In this document: in pieces, positions 8,992 through 20,138 of the stretch | Numbering within the stretch: the first letter of the stretch is position 1 | Layout of the letters: every line of letters starts with the position of its first letter | NCBI GenBank assembly: GCA_963767005.1 | Contig: CAVYCN010000003.1 | Location: forward strand, 320,001-384,000 | DNA: 64,000 nucleotides | Source of the DNA: an uncultured Actinomycetes bacterium | Lineage (GTDB): Bacteria > Actinomycetota > Thermoleophilia > UBA2241 | Direction of reading: 5' to 3' | Position numbers and translations under genes: made by a program | Notes under the pieces: generated by a model | The model's database searches: none | What the model was told of the DNA's origin: nothing | What the model saw: only the letters and a program-made list of their open reading frames with translations

Positions 8992-9798
8992 CTATTCGAG
9001 CAGCCCCGCGCGATGGGCCTTGAGGTAGCGGCCGCAGAAGCTGTCCTCGTTGCGCAGCGCCTCGATCGCCTTGACCGTCGCCATCATCTGCTTGTTGCGC
9101 ACGTCGAGCACGGCGCCGTCGATGCCGATGCCGGCGCACATGGCCACGAACGTGCGGTTGAGCAGCGGCCGGTTCGGCAGCCCGAAGCTGACGTTGCTGA
9201 GGCCGCCCGTCGAGCGCACGCCCGGCAGGTTGGCCTTGATGAGGGCCAGGGTGCCCATGGTCACGAGGGCCGCGGTCGAGTCGGCCGAGACGGTCATGAC
9301 CAGCGGGTCGAACCACATGTCCTCGGCGGGCAGGCCGGCGGCGGCGAGCTTGTCGTGGAGCATCTTGGCGACCGCGAAGCGGTCTTCGGGGGTGCAGGGG
9401 ATGCCCTCGTCGTTCAGGCAGAGCGCCACCACGGGGCACCTGTACTTCTCGACCAGCGGCAGCACGGTGTCGATGCGGCTCTGCTCGCCGCTGATCGAGT
9501 TGATGTGCGGCACGGTGCCGTCGTTTGCGATCGCGGCCTCGACGCCGGCCTGCAGGGCGGCCGGGCTGGCCGAGTCGATCATGAGCTGCTTGTCGGTCAC
9601 ACTGCGCACGGTGGCGATCAGCCACAGCAGGTCCTCGACCTCGTTGCCGCCGGCGACGCCGCCGTTCACGTCGAGGATGTTGGCGCCGGCTTCGACCTGG
9701 TCGGTCGCCAGCGTCTTGATGAAGTCGGCATCGCGCGACTGGATGGCCTCGCCGACCTGCTTGCGTGTCCCGTTGATCGATTCGCCTACCAACAGCAT
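8992..9798 (-). CDS. Methyltetrahydrofolate:corrinoid methyltransferase (AcsE/MetH pterin-binding, DHPS-fold)
   Basis: MLLVGESING, QVEAGANILDVN, LMIDS, INSISGE, FDPLV, GLSNVSFGLPNR motifs. Confidence 0.88.
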   Translation of the reverse strand: MLLVGESINGTRKQVGEAIQSRDADFIKTLATDQVEAGANILDVNGGVAGGNEVEDLLWLIATVRSVTDKQLMIDSASPAALQAGVEAAIANDGTVPHINSISGEQSRIDTVLPLVEKYRCPVVALCLNDEGIPCTPEDRFAVAKMLHDKLAAAGLPAEDMWFDPLVMTVSADSTAALVTMGTLALIKANLPGVRSTGGLSNVSFGLPNRPLLNRTFVAMCAGIGIDGAVLDVRNKQMMATVKAIEALRNEDSFCGRYLKAHRAGLLE

Positions 9799-9979
9799 GA
9801 CCACTACCTCCACTTGATCTGAACGCGCGATCGCTCCCGGGACCGCGGACTTCAGCGCTGGTGCCGGAGGCCGTATCTTACCGGGGGGGCCGAGACGTTG
9901 CCAACCGCAACGCAAGGCCGGCGACAGAGGGTCGCGATGCGGCGCAGCCGCGCGGCCGGCAAGCTCCGCGGAGCGGCGC

Positions 9980-12910
9980 TCAGCCGTCGGTCGCGGCCGG
10001 CTCCGGCGGCACGCCGGCCGCGCCCGATGTGCGGCAGGCGTCGAGGAAGAGCCGGGCCAGGACGGGGTCGAACTGCACGCCGGCGCCACGGCGGACCTCG
10101 GCCCGCGCCTCGTCGAGGCCGAGCGCGGCCCGGTAGGGGCGTTCCGACAGCATCGCGGTGAATGAGTCGCCGATCGCGATCAGGCGGGCGCCCATCGGGA
10201 TCTCGTCGCCGCGCAGGCCGTCGGGGTAGCCGCCCCCGTCCCAGCGCTCGTGGTGGTGGCGCACGATCTCGATGAACTCGGTCGGGGCCTCGGCGTTCGT
10301 GAAGATGTCGACGCCGAGGTCGACGTGGCGGCGCAGCTCGCGACGCTCGTCGTCGGTGAGGCGATCGCCCTTCTCGAGCAGCTCCGCCCTGATGCCGACC
10401 TTGCCGACGTCGTGCAGACGGGCGGCGACGCAGTAGATCTCGCGGTCGGCGGCCGGCAGGCCGGCGCGCTCCGAGAGCTCGCGCACGATCTCGGCGACGG
10501 CTTCGCCGTGCCGCTCGCGGAAGCTGGCCTTGGCATCGACGGCGGCGGCCAGCACCTCGATGCCGTTGCGCCACGAGCGCTCGTCGGGCTCCTCGCCGGC
10601 CGGCGGCGCCATCATCTCGCGCACGTCGCGATAGTAGAGCACGCAGTTGCGACCGCGGCGCTTGGCCCACAGCAGAGCCGTGTCGGCGGCGCCGAGCATG
10701 GTCTTGGCGTCGAGCCCGCAGACCGGAAAGTCGGCGACTCCGATCGAGGCCGACACGCGAAAGCCGTCACCGGGCTCGATCACGATGTCGCGCACGCGTG
10801 AGCGGATGCGGTCGGCAAGCTGCCCGGCGTCGGCCGGCGAGGTCTTGGGCAGCAGCACGGCGAACTCCTCGCCGCCGTAGCGCGCCGCGTAGTCGGCTTC
10901 GCGCGTCGTCGCGGCGAGGATCTTGGCGACGTCGCGCAGCACGTCGTCGCCGCGCGGGTGGCCGAAGCGGTCGTTCACGCGCTTGAAGTGGTCGAGGTCG
11001 ATCATGAGCAGCGAGAAGCCGTCGCCGTAGCGTTCGCAGCGCCGCACCTCGTGCTCGAGGGTCTCCTGGAAGTGCCCGTGGTTGTACAGGCCGGTGAGCG
11101 GGTCGGTCACCGCGCGGAGCTGGCTCTTCTCGTAGAGCGAGGCGTTCTCGATGGCGATCGCCGCGAGGCTGGCGAACGGCTTGACGAGCTCGAACTCCTC
11201 GTCGCTGTAGGTCTTGCCGTCGAGCCGATCGAGGTTCAGGACGCCGATCACCTTGTTCATGACGTGCAGCGGCAGCACGATCGAGGCCTGGGGCTCGACC
11301 GGCGTGCCCGGCACCTGGGTCGAGCGCGGATCCTCGTGTGCGGCGTTGCACAGCACGGCCTCGTCGTGGGTCACCGCCCAGCCCCAGAGCCCCTGCTCGA
11401 GGTCGATCGGGTTGTCGATCAGCTCCTGGGCGTACTCGTCGCGCGCCCAGACCGTGACGATGCGGCGCGCCTCCCAGTCGACCTTGCTGATCGCCAGCGT
11501 GTCGTACTCGACGAGGACCCGCAGCTTCTCGGTGATCGACTCGAAGACGACCTGCTCGTCGAGCGTCGACAGCACCGACTCGCTCACCCGCAGCAGGTCG
11601 CGCTGCGAGCGGAGCTGGCGCTCGAGCCGGCGCTCCTGCACCTGGAGCGCGGCGTACTGCTCGGCGTTCTCGATGGCGACCGCGGCCTGGTTGGCGAAGA
11701 TCTCGACCGCGCCGACCGACTCCATGGTGGGCGGCCGCCGGTCGACCGGGTCGTAGACGTTGAGCGCGCCGAGCGGGCTGCCGGCGCGCGACAGGAGCGG
11801 CACGATCAGGCAGTCGCCCGTCTGCCACTCGTCGTCGGCGCGGGGGCCGAGGTCGCTGAAGGGCAACAGGCGCTGCTCGTCGCCGCTCGGCGGCACGCGC
11901 CGGCGGCGCCGGAAGTACGAGTTGCCCATGCGTGACTCGGGCCGCATGACCTGCTCGAACACGGCACGGGGAACGGCCGTCGTGAGCAGGTGGGTGGTGA
12001 GCTCGGACGGCCCGCCCAGCGCGGCCCTCGCACGGTACGTCTCGTCGGCCTCGTCGTACAGGAACAGGCTGACCTGCCGGTAGGCGAGCGACTCGAGCAC
12101 CGCCCCGGCGACGCGCCGCAGCACGTCGTCCAAGTCGAGGGTCGCGCGCAGCTCGTAGCCGAGGCGCAGTAGCGCCTCCATGGTCGAGGAGCGCTCGGCA
12201 AGCGCCGCGACGAGCTGCGAGCGGCGCTCGTAGAGGTTCGCGTTGGTGATCATGAGCGCGGCGAAACCGGCGACGGCCTGACCGACACCGATGCGCTCCT
12301 CGTCGAACTCGGCCTCGAGGCCGGGCTCGTCGAGCGCGGCGATGCCCAGCATCTCGCCGCCGGCCACGAAGGGCAGCACGAGCACCTTGCGGGCGTCGAG
12401 CTGCTCGAGCGCGGCGCGGTCGTCGCCCGCGGTGGCGGGCGTCAGGACGGCGGCCTCACGCAGCGCGCGAAGCCGGTCGCTGATGCGCCCGGTGGCGTCG
12501 CCGAACGGCGTGACCAGCGCGGCGCCCGTCGAAGCGGCGAGCCGCAGCCGGTCGCCCTCGACCAGCATCACGGCGCAGCGCGACACGCCGACGGCGACGG
12601 TCAGCCGCTGGGCGATCACGCCGAGCAGCTGGTGGATGTCCAGCGAGGCCGCGAGGTCGGCGGCGACCCGACCCAGCATGCCGGCCGCAGGCGTGAAGGG
12701 CGGCAGTGCCTGCTGCACGGTGGCCGCCGGCCGGCGGCCGAGGGCGACGAGCAGCGTGAGACAGCAGACCGCGACGAGCGCGAGGACGGTGGAGTACAGG
12801 TCGAGACGGCGGCCGGCGACGAGCTGAAGGGCGACCAGGGTCGCAAGCAGGGCGGCCGCAAGCCCGCACGCGACGAGTGCCGTGCGCCGGCCACGGATCG
12901 GCTTTCGCAC
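9980..12910 (-). CDS. Membrane-anchored GAF-GAF-GAF-GGDEF-HD-GYP diguanylate cyclase/phosphodiesterase
   Basis: Two N-terminal TM helices; three GAF-like blocks (AAVAIENA-type ends); DPLTGLYN, RxxD I-site (READ) + GGEEF; HDVGK and HHERWDGGGYP. Confidence 0.92.
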   Translation of the reverse strand: MRKPIRGRRTALVACGLAAALLATLVALQLVAGRRLDLYSTVLALVAVCCLTLLVALGRRPAATVQQALPPFTPAAGMLGRVAADLAASLDIHQLLGVIAQRLTVAVGVSRCAVMLVEGDRLRLAASTGAALVTPFGDATGRISDRLRALREAAVLTPATAGDDRAALEQLDARKVLVLPFVAGGEMLGIAALDEPGLEAEFDEERIGVGQAVAGFAALMITNANLYERRSQLVAALAERSSTMEALLRLGYELRATLDLDDVLRRVAGAVLESLAYRQVSLFLYDEADETYRARAALGGPSELTTHLLTTAVPRAVFEQVMRPESRMGNSYFRRRRRVPPSGDEQRLLPFSDLGPRADDEWQTGDCLIVPLLSRAGSPLGALNVYDPVDRRPPTMESVGAVEIFANQAAVAIENAEQYAALQVQERRLERQLRSQRDLLRVSESVLSTLDEQVVFESITEKLRVLVEYDTLAISKVDWEARRIVTVWARDEYAQELIDNPIDLEQGLWGWAVTHDEAVLCNAAHEDPRSTQVPGTPVEPQASIVLPLHVMNKVIGVLNLDRLDGKTYSDEEFELVKPFASLAAIAIENASLYEKSQLRAVTDPLTGLYNHGHFQETLEHEVRRCERYGDGFSLLMIDLDHFKRVNDRFGHPRGDDVLRDVAKILAATTREADYAARYGGEEFAVLLPKTSPADAGQLADRIRSRVRDIVIEPGDGFRVSASIGVADFPVCGLDAKTMLGAADTALLWAKRRGRNCVLYYRDVREMMAPPAGEEPDERSWRNGIEVLAAAVDAKASFRERHGEAVAEIVRELSERAGLPAADREIYCVAARLHDVGKVGIRAELLEKGDRLTDDERRELRRHVDLGVDIFTNAEAPTEFIEIVRHHHERWDGGGYPDGLRGDEIPMGARLIAIGDSFTAMLSERPYRAALGLDEARAEVRRGAGVQFDPVLARLFLDACRTSGAAGVPPEPAATDG

Positions 12911-13059
12911 CTTGTCCTCCCCGACGCCGCCCTTGCCCGTCGACGGCGTCTCCCGTTCATTGTCGAGCGCGCCGGCTCAATCCTTGAGCGTTTTGTTGTC
13001 AGTCCTGGCTACGGGGCGGCCGCAGTCGGTCGGCTCGCGGCGGGGTCGGCGATGGTGGC

Positions 13060-13272
13060 CTAGGAGTCGAAGGGCGGGAAGACCCAGGTCGGCGGGCGCC
13101 GGCGACGCTCGCCGACACGGCGGGCGTCCTGCCCGGGCACCCAGGGCGCGCGCCGGCGATCGAGCACGACGCGCACGTCCTGTCGGCCGGCGTAGACACG
13201 GGTGAACAATTCGTAGAGCCGCTCCCTCGCCGGGCCGGTGACCACGAGCTCTTTGACGTCGGTCCCTGCCAT
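13060..13272 (-). CDS. Small hypothetical protein (70 aa) with DRRR...ERRRR motif
   Basis: SD AGGGG upstream of ATG 13272; MAGTDVKELVVTGPARERLYELFTRVYAGRQDVRVVLDRRR...ERRRRP. Confidence 0.6.
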   Translation of the reverse strand: MAGTDVKELVVTGPARERLYELFTRVYAGRQDVRVVLDRRRAPWVPGQDARRVGERRRRPPTWVFPPFDS

Positions 13273-13407
13273 GGCACCCCCTTCGCGCCTCGCATGGGTA
13301 CCGTCACGTGCGCTTATCACGACGCTATGCCCGCCCTCTCCCCTGCGCAACAGTCGGCGCGGTCCCGGCGAGCGTGGCCTAGACGGATGTTCCATGCCGG
13401 AGATGAA

Positions 13408-13441
13408 GCGGCGGGCGGGCCCGGATGGGCCCGCCCGCCGC
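13408..13441 (-). terminator. groEL terminator hairpin
   Basis: 15-bp stem gcggcgggcgggccc/gggcccgcccgccgc, then TTCATCT on the minus strand. Confidence 0.7.
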
Positions 13442-13474
13442 GACGCGAGCTGGTGCTGGCGTGGGTCTAGTGGA

Positions 13475-15109
<1,635 letters not shown>

Positions 15110-15121
15110 TCAGCCTCCTTT

Positions 15122-15415
15122 CTATTTGACTGTGGCGAGGATCTCGCTCACCCGCAGGATGAGGAGCTCTTCGCCGTCGCTCGTCTTGTACTCGGTGCCC
15201 GAGTACTTGCCGTAGATGCACTTGTCGCCGACCTTGACATCCATCGGGATGCGCTTCGTGCCGGCCTCGTCCCACTTGCCGTCGCCCACCGCCACGACCT
15301 CGCCGAGCATGGGCTTCTCTTTGGCCGTGTCGGGAAGCACGATGCCGCTGGCCGTCTTCTCTTCACCTGTGACCGCCTTGATGATGACGCGGTCCTCGAG
15401 CGGCTTCAGCTTCAT
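15122..15415 (-). CDS. groS: Co-chaperonin GroES
   Basis: [23 protein letters not shown]. Confidence 0.99.
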   Translation of the reverse strand: MKLKPLEDRVIIKAVTGEEKTASGIVLPDTAKEKPMLGEVVAVGDGKWDEAGTKRIPMDVKVGDKCIYGKYSGTEYKTSDGEELLILRVSEILATVK

Positions 15416-15439
15416 ACAGCCCTCCTTCTCTGTCGCATT

Positions 15440-15466
15440 CTGGCACTCTCATCCTAAGAGTGCTAA
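15440..15466. promoter_or_regulatory. CIRCE element (HrcA operator)
   Basis: cTgGCACTC-N9-GAGTGCTAA versus consensus TTAGCACTC-N9-GAGTGCTAA, upstream of groES. Confidence 0.93.
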
Positions 15467-15481
15467 CGCTTCGGGGTCGTT

Positions 15482-15511
15482 ATGGTATGGCCCCGTCCGG
15501 CCTCTTGTCAA
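15482..15511 (-). promoter_or_regulatory. groESL promoter
   Basis: TTGACA (15511-15506), 18-nt spacer, TACCAT (15487-15482). Confidence 0.7.
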
Positions 15512-15688
15512 ACGATGGCCGGCGCCACCGTTCCAGTGCCGCCCCGACCGCTGTTGATACCCACTTTGAGCAGCTCCTTGGCCGGGACCAGGCGACGCGA
15601 TCGCGGCCTGTCAGAACGCCACGGCGAGTGCCGACGCGGCGGCGCCACGCCCTCGACGATGGTCCGGGCCGGCCGTAGAATCGCGGCC

Positions 15689-16126
15689 ATGCGAGTGCTC
15701 CTGCAGCGCGTCTCCCGGGCGCGGGTCACGGTGGACGACCGCGAGGTGGCCGCCGTCGGCCGCGGCTTCGTCGCGCTCGTCGGCGTCGGCCACGACGACA
15801 CGAGCGCCGCCGCCGCCCGCCTGGCGGCGAAGTGCGCCGCGCTGCGCGTCTTTGCCGACGAGCAGGGGCTCATGAACCGCGCGCTCGGCGACGTCGGCGG
15901 CGCCGTGCTCGCCGTCTCGCAGTTCACGCTGTATGCCGACACGCGGCGCGGCAACCGCCCGAGCTTCACCGGCGCCGCGCCGCCCGAGCTCGCCGAGCGG
16001 CTCTACGACGAGTTCGTGGCCGGCGTGCGCGCCGCGGGCGTGGCGGTCGCGACCGGCGTGTTCGGCGCCCACATGATGGTCGAGCTCGAAAACGACGGGC
16101 CGGTGACCATCCTGCTCGAGGCCTAG
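15689..16126 (+). CDS. dtd: D-aminoacyl-tRNA deacylase
   Basis: [32 protein letters not shown]; TAGAAT 7 nt before ATG suggests a leaderless mRNA. Confidence 0.97.
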   Translation: MRVLLQRVSRARVTVDDREVAAVGRGFVALVGVGHDDTSAAAARLAAKCAALRVFADEQGLMNRALGDVGGAVLAVSQFTLYADTRRGNRPSFTGAAPPELAERLYDEFVAGVRAAGVAVATGVFGAHMMVELENDGPVTILLEA

Positions 16127-16166
16127 GGTCGCGCAGGTCCAGGGTCGCGGACTCAGGGCCGCAGAA

Positions 16167-16208
16167 GGGGCGGGGCGGCCTGTGCGCGCGCACAGGCCGC
16201 CCCGCCCC
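16167..16208. terminator. 42-bp perfect palindrome between convergent dtd and APC permease genes
   Basis: ggggcggggcggcctgtgcgc|gcgcacaggccgccccgcccc. Confidence 0.65.
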
Positions 16209-16227
16209 GTATCCGTCGCGCTCGGGG

Positions 16228-18102
16228 TCAGACCGAGGGCGGCGCTCCCACGACGAGCGGCTCCTGCGGCACCGTGGGCTCCAGCGGCACGACGACCGGC
16301 GGGCGTCCGACCGGCTCGATCTCGGCCTTCAGGGCGAGGCCGGCGAACACCGAGCCGAGCACGGCCAGCACGATCGGCGCCGACCACACCCAGACGTTCG
16401 TGGTGCGGAAATCCGCGTGCGTGTAGATGAGGCAGAGGGCGATCACGCAGGCCGCGGCGACGAGCACCCCGCCAAGCCAGCGGCTCGCCTGCACGACGAG
16501 GCCGCCGGCGACCATCAGCAGGCCCATCGCGGCGAGCAACCGCTGCGGGCTCACCGCCACGCCGGCGACCTTCCAGTTGCCGCCGACCGCCCACGGGTGG
16601 TGGCTGTGGATGTAGAACGCAAACGCGAGCGCGACCACGCCGCCCACGACCGAGAGACCGGTCGCCAGGGTGCGCCACGTCCCGAAGTGGGCGCGGCGCT
16701 CTTCGGCCGGCACCGCCGGCATGCCGATCGAGCCCTCGACGGCATCGTCGGCCACGCCGCGGTACACGCGCTTGAAGATGAGGTAGGCGATCGGCCCGGA
16801 CACGACGCCGACCAGGCCGCCGACCAGGTAGTCGCTGCCGTTCGTGAACAGCGCGTAGACGGCGATCGCGATCGGGAGGCACACCCAGGCCGCGAGCAGC
16901 CACGTGGGGATCGGGATGCGGTACGGCCGCGGCATGTCGGGCCGCGTGATGCGCAGGGCGACGCCGGCGATCAAGATCGGGATGTAGCTGAACATGAGCA
17001 GGAAGACGTCGATCACGATCAGGGTGTCGAAGCTGCCCTTCACGAGAATGGCGTCGACGACGCCCATCGTGAGGATGGCGATCCAGGGCGTGCCCCAGCG
17101 CTTGTGCGCCCTGCCCATGAACTTGGGGTAGAGCCGGTCGCGCGAGAGCTGATACGAGGGCCGCGCACCGGTCGCCAGGTAGCCGGTGTAGAGGCCCAGG
17201 TTGCTGGCGATCGCCGAGGCCAGCATCAGCCACATGAGCACGGCGCCGCCGGCGAGCTCGGCGGCCCGCACGAAGTCGACGGCCGAGCCGCCGCCGCTCG
17301 CGTCGGAGGTCATGTTCAGCCAGTTGCCGACGCCGGCCGCCCTGATGCCGGCCATGGTTGTCACGGCGTAGGTGACGATCACGATCGGCACGGCGATCAG
17401 GATGGCCCGCGGGATGACGCGCTGCGGGTTTTCGACCTCGGCCGCCACCGTCGACATCGACTCATAGCCTGAGTACATCCACATCATGATCGCGAGGCCG
17501 AGGTTGCTCGCGGTGATCATGTTCTCGCCCTTCGGCAGGAACGGCGACACCGGGTTGGCGCCGCCCTTGGCGAAGGCCCACACGACGAAGAGCGCGAACG
17601 GCACCATGACGACCGCCTGAATCACGATCAGCGCCTTGCCGGTCAGGTCGAGGCCGCGGATGTTGATGAACGTGAAGAACGCGACGAGCGCGATCCCGAA
17701 CAGCCAGCGCCAGTTGTCGCTGAAGCCCCACTTGCTCTGGATGTAGTGCACGGCGAGGACGATGTAGACCGACGAGTCGACGTAGAGCGACAGGGTCCAC
17801 CACCAGCTCGACTGGAAGCCCCAGTACTCGCCCAGGCCGTGCCGCACCCAGCGGCCGAATCCACCCTCCTCCGGAATCGCCGAGCCGAGCTCCGACGACA
17901 GGAACGCCATCGGCACGCTCCAGATGAACGGCAGCAGCACGATCATGAGGATCGTGAAGCCGGGCCCCGACGACGAGACCACGTCCTCCATGCCGAACGA
18001 TCCGGAACAGACGAGCGTGAACACGACCACGACGACCGTGAACAGTCGCATGCGGACGCGCTTGAGCGCAGGGTCGGTGAAGAAGTTGCCTACCTCGGAC
18101 AT
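16228..18102 (-). CDS. APC family amino acid/polyamine permease with extra C-terminal TM segment
   Basis: GSFGMED, ELGSAIPEEGG, WMYSGYE, EVENPQRVIPRA, GTPW, MPRPYRIP. Confidence 0.9.
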   Translation of the reverse strand: MSEVGNFFTDPALKRVRMRLFTVVVVVFTLVCSGSFGMEDVVSSSGPGFTILMIVLLPFIWSVPMAFLSSELGSAIPEEGGFGRWVRHGLGEYWGFQSSWWWTLSLYVDSSVYIVLAVHYIQSKWGFSDNWRWLFGIALVAFFTFINIRGLDLTGKALIVIQAVVMVPFALFVVWAFAKGGANPVSPFLPKGENMITASNLGLAIMMWMYSGYESMSTVAAEVENPQRVIPRAILIAVPIVIVTYAVTTMAGIRAAGVGNWLNMTSDASGGGSAVDFVRAAELAGGAVLMWLMLASAIASNLGLYTGYLATGARPSYQLSRDRLYPKFMGRAHKRWGTPWIAILTMGVVDAILVKGSFDTLIVIDVFLLMFSYIPILIAGVALRITRPDMPRPYRIPIPTWLLAAWVCLPIAIAVYALFTNGSDYLVGGLVGVVSGPIAYLIFKRVYRGVADDAVEGSIGMPAVPAEERRAHFGTWRTLATGLSVVGGVVALAFAFYIHSHHPWAVGGNWKVAGVAVSPQRLLAAMGLLMVAGGLVVQASRWLGGVLVAAACVIALCLIYTHADFRTTNVWVWSAPIVLAVLGSVFAGLALKAEIEPVGRPPVVVPLEPTVPQEPLVVGAPPSV

Positions 18103-18267
18103 GCAGCCCCCCCTGTGGCATCCAGATGAGCCTCCGCGGGACGCGCGCGCTACGCGTGGCTCCGGCCAGATGTGCTGGAGGGGGCGGGTCCCCCCAGGAT
18201 GCCCCTCCACCCGCAGTGTACTAAAGGCCGGGCCGCGGTGGGAAGAGCGCCGGCGCCGGCGCCTGCC

Positions 18268-20016
18268 CTACGAGCGCCGCCGCAGCAGCCCGGGGGCGAG
18301 CTTCCAGAGGTCGGTCCCGAGCTTGTCGTTCTCGCGGTAGTCGATCGGCACCTCGACGACGACCGGGCCGCTCGCCGCGAGGGCCCGCTCGAGGACGGGC
18401 CGCAGGTCGCCGGCCCGCGCCACCCGGTACCCATCGAGGCCGAAGGCGTGCGCGAGGGCGACGAAGTCCGGGTTGCCGAAGCGGGTGCCGCTCACGTGGC
18501 CGAACGCGCGGCGCTGGTGCATCTCGATCAGGCCGTAGCTGCCGTCGCTCCAGACGAGCACGACGAGCGGGTTGCCGAGGCGGCGGGCCGTCTCGAGCTC
18601 GCCGACGTTCATGAGAAAGCCGCCGTCGCCGACGATGGCGGCGACCCTGCGGCGCCCCTGCACGGTGAGCGCCGCGGCGATGGCGGCCGGCAGGCCGAAG
18701 CCCATCGCCGCGAAGCCGTTGGAGATGAGCACCGTGTTGGGCTCGTCCGTCTCCCAGAAACGCGCCACCCAGAGCTTGTGGGCGCCGACGTCGCTCACCA
18801 GGATGTCGTCGGGGGCAAGGAGGGCGCGCAGCTCGCGCAGCACGCGCTGCGGCTTGACCGGCGCGTCGTCGTCGGAGTCGCCGTCGAGCGCCGCCTCGAG
18901 CGCGCGGTGGTAGGGCGGCACCTCGAGCTCGGACAGCGGCCTCTCGGCCAGCAGGCGGCCGAGCTCGACGATGATGTGGGTGAGGTCGCCGACGAGCTCG
19001 ACCTCGGGCACGTAGTGGGCGTCGATATCGGGCGCCGCCGTGTCGATGCAGACGATGCGCCGGTCGCCCTCCGGGTTCCAGGCGGCGGGCGCCCATTCGA
19101 CGAGGTCGTAGCCGACGCACACGACGAGATCGGCGCGGCCCAGGATGCCGGCTGGGTAGTCCTGGGCCTGCAGGCCGGCCGTGAACAGGAAGTGTTCGTC
19201 GTCGGCGCGCAGCACGCCCTTGCCCATGAACGTGGTGATCACGTGCAGCCCGGTGCGCCGGCAGAGCTCGCGCAGCGCCGGCGCGGCGCCCTGCCGCACC
19301 ACGCCGTGACCGACGAGGAGCACCGGCAGCCGCGCCCTTCGTATGAGACGCGCCGCCGCGCGCAGCGCCTCGTCGTCGGGCTCGCTAACCGGCGGCGGCG
19401 TGCGCTGCAGGCAGCGCCCGGCGAAGGCCGGCGCGGCCATCACGTCGGCCGGCAGCTCAAGGTGCGTCGCGCCGGGCTTTTCGGCGGTGGCCACGGCGAA
19501 AGCCTTGCGTACCGCCTCGGCCACGGTCCGCGGATCGTGGACGCGGGCGTTCCACTTGGTCATCGGCTCCATCATCTCGATGGTGTCGATGAACTGATGG
19601 GTCTCCTTGTGGATGCCGGTCAGGTCGACCTGGCCGGTGATCGCGACGAGCGGCGCGTGGTCGAGGTTCGCGTCGGCGATGCCCGTCGCCAGGTTGGTCG
19701 CCCCCGGGCCGAGCGTGGCCAGGCAGACGCCGGCCTTGCCGGTGAGGCGGCCGTAGGCCTCGGCCATGAAGGCGGCGGCGGCTTCGTGACGGGTGGGGAC
19801 GAAGGTGATCTGCTCGGAGCGGTCGAGCGCCTCGTTCACGTCGAGCGTCTCCTCGCCGGGGATGCCGAAGACGTACTCGACGCCCTCGTTCTCGAGGCAG
19901 GCCACGAACTGGTCCGCGGCGATCGCCGGGCGCGTCGCAGCCGGCCTCGCCGCAGCCGGCCTCGCCGCCCTGCGCATCGTGGTCGCGCCGCCCTTGCCTG
20001 TCTGCCGAGTCGCCAT
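18268..20016 (-). CDS. Acetolactate synthase large subunit-like ThDP enzyme
   Basis: VFGIPGEE, TRHEAAA, TLGPGATNL, SNGFAAMGFGLP, GDGGF ThDP motif. Confidence 0.9.
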   Translation of the reverse strand: MATRQTGKGGATTMRRAARPAAARPAATRPAIAADQFVACLENEGVEYVFGIPGEETLDVNEALDRSEQITFVPTRHEAAAAFMAEAYGRLTGKAGVCLATLGPGATNLATGIADANLDHAPLVAITGQVDLTGIHKETHQFIDTIEMMEPMTKWNARVHDPRTVAEAVRKAFAVATAEKPGATHLELPADVMAAPAFAGRCLQRTPPPVSEPDDEALRAAARLIRRARLPVLLVGHGVVRQGAAPALRELCRRTGLHVITTFMGKGVLRADDEHFLFTAGLQAQDYPAGILGRADLVVCVGYDLVEWAPAAWNPEGDRRIVCIDTAAPDIDAHYVPEVELVGDLTHIIVELGRLLAERPLSELEVPPYHRALEAALDGDSDDDAPVKPQRVLRELRALLAPDDILVSDVGAHKLWVARFWETDEPNTVLISNGFAAMGFGLPAAIAAALTVQGRRRVAAIVGDGGFLMNVGELETARRLGNPLVVLVWSDGSYGLIEMHQRRAFGHVSGTRFGNPDFVALAHAFGLDGYRVARAGDLRPVLERALAASGPVVVEVPIDYRENDKLGTDLWKLAPGLLRRRS

Positions 20017-20138
20017 TTACCTCCGCTCGCTTTCGAGGTTGTACCCCGTACGAGCCCACCCGGAGCAACCTCGGCCGCGCGAGCCGGCTTGCGCGCCGCC
20101 GGCCGGCGGCCGGAGCTCGTCAGCGGCCGGCCGGCCGG

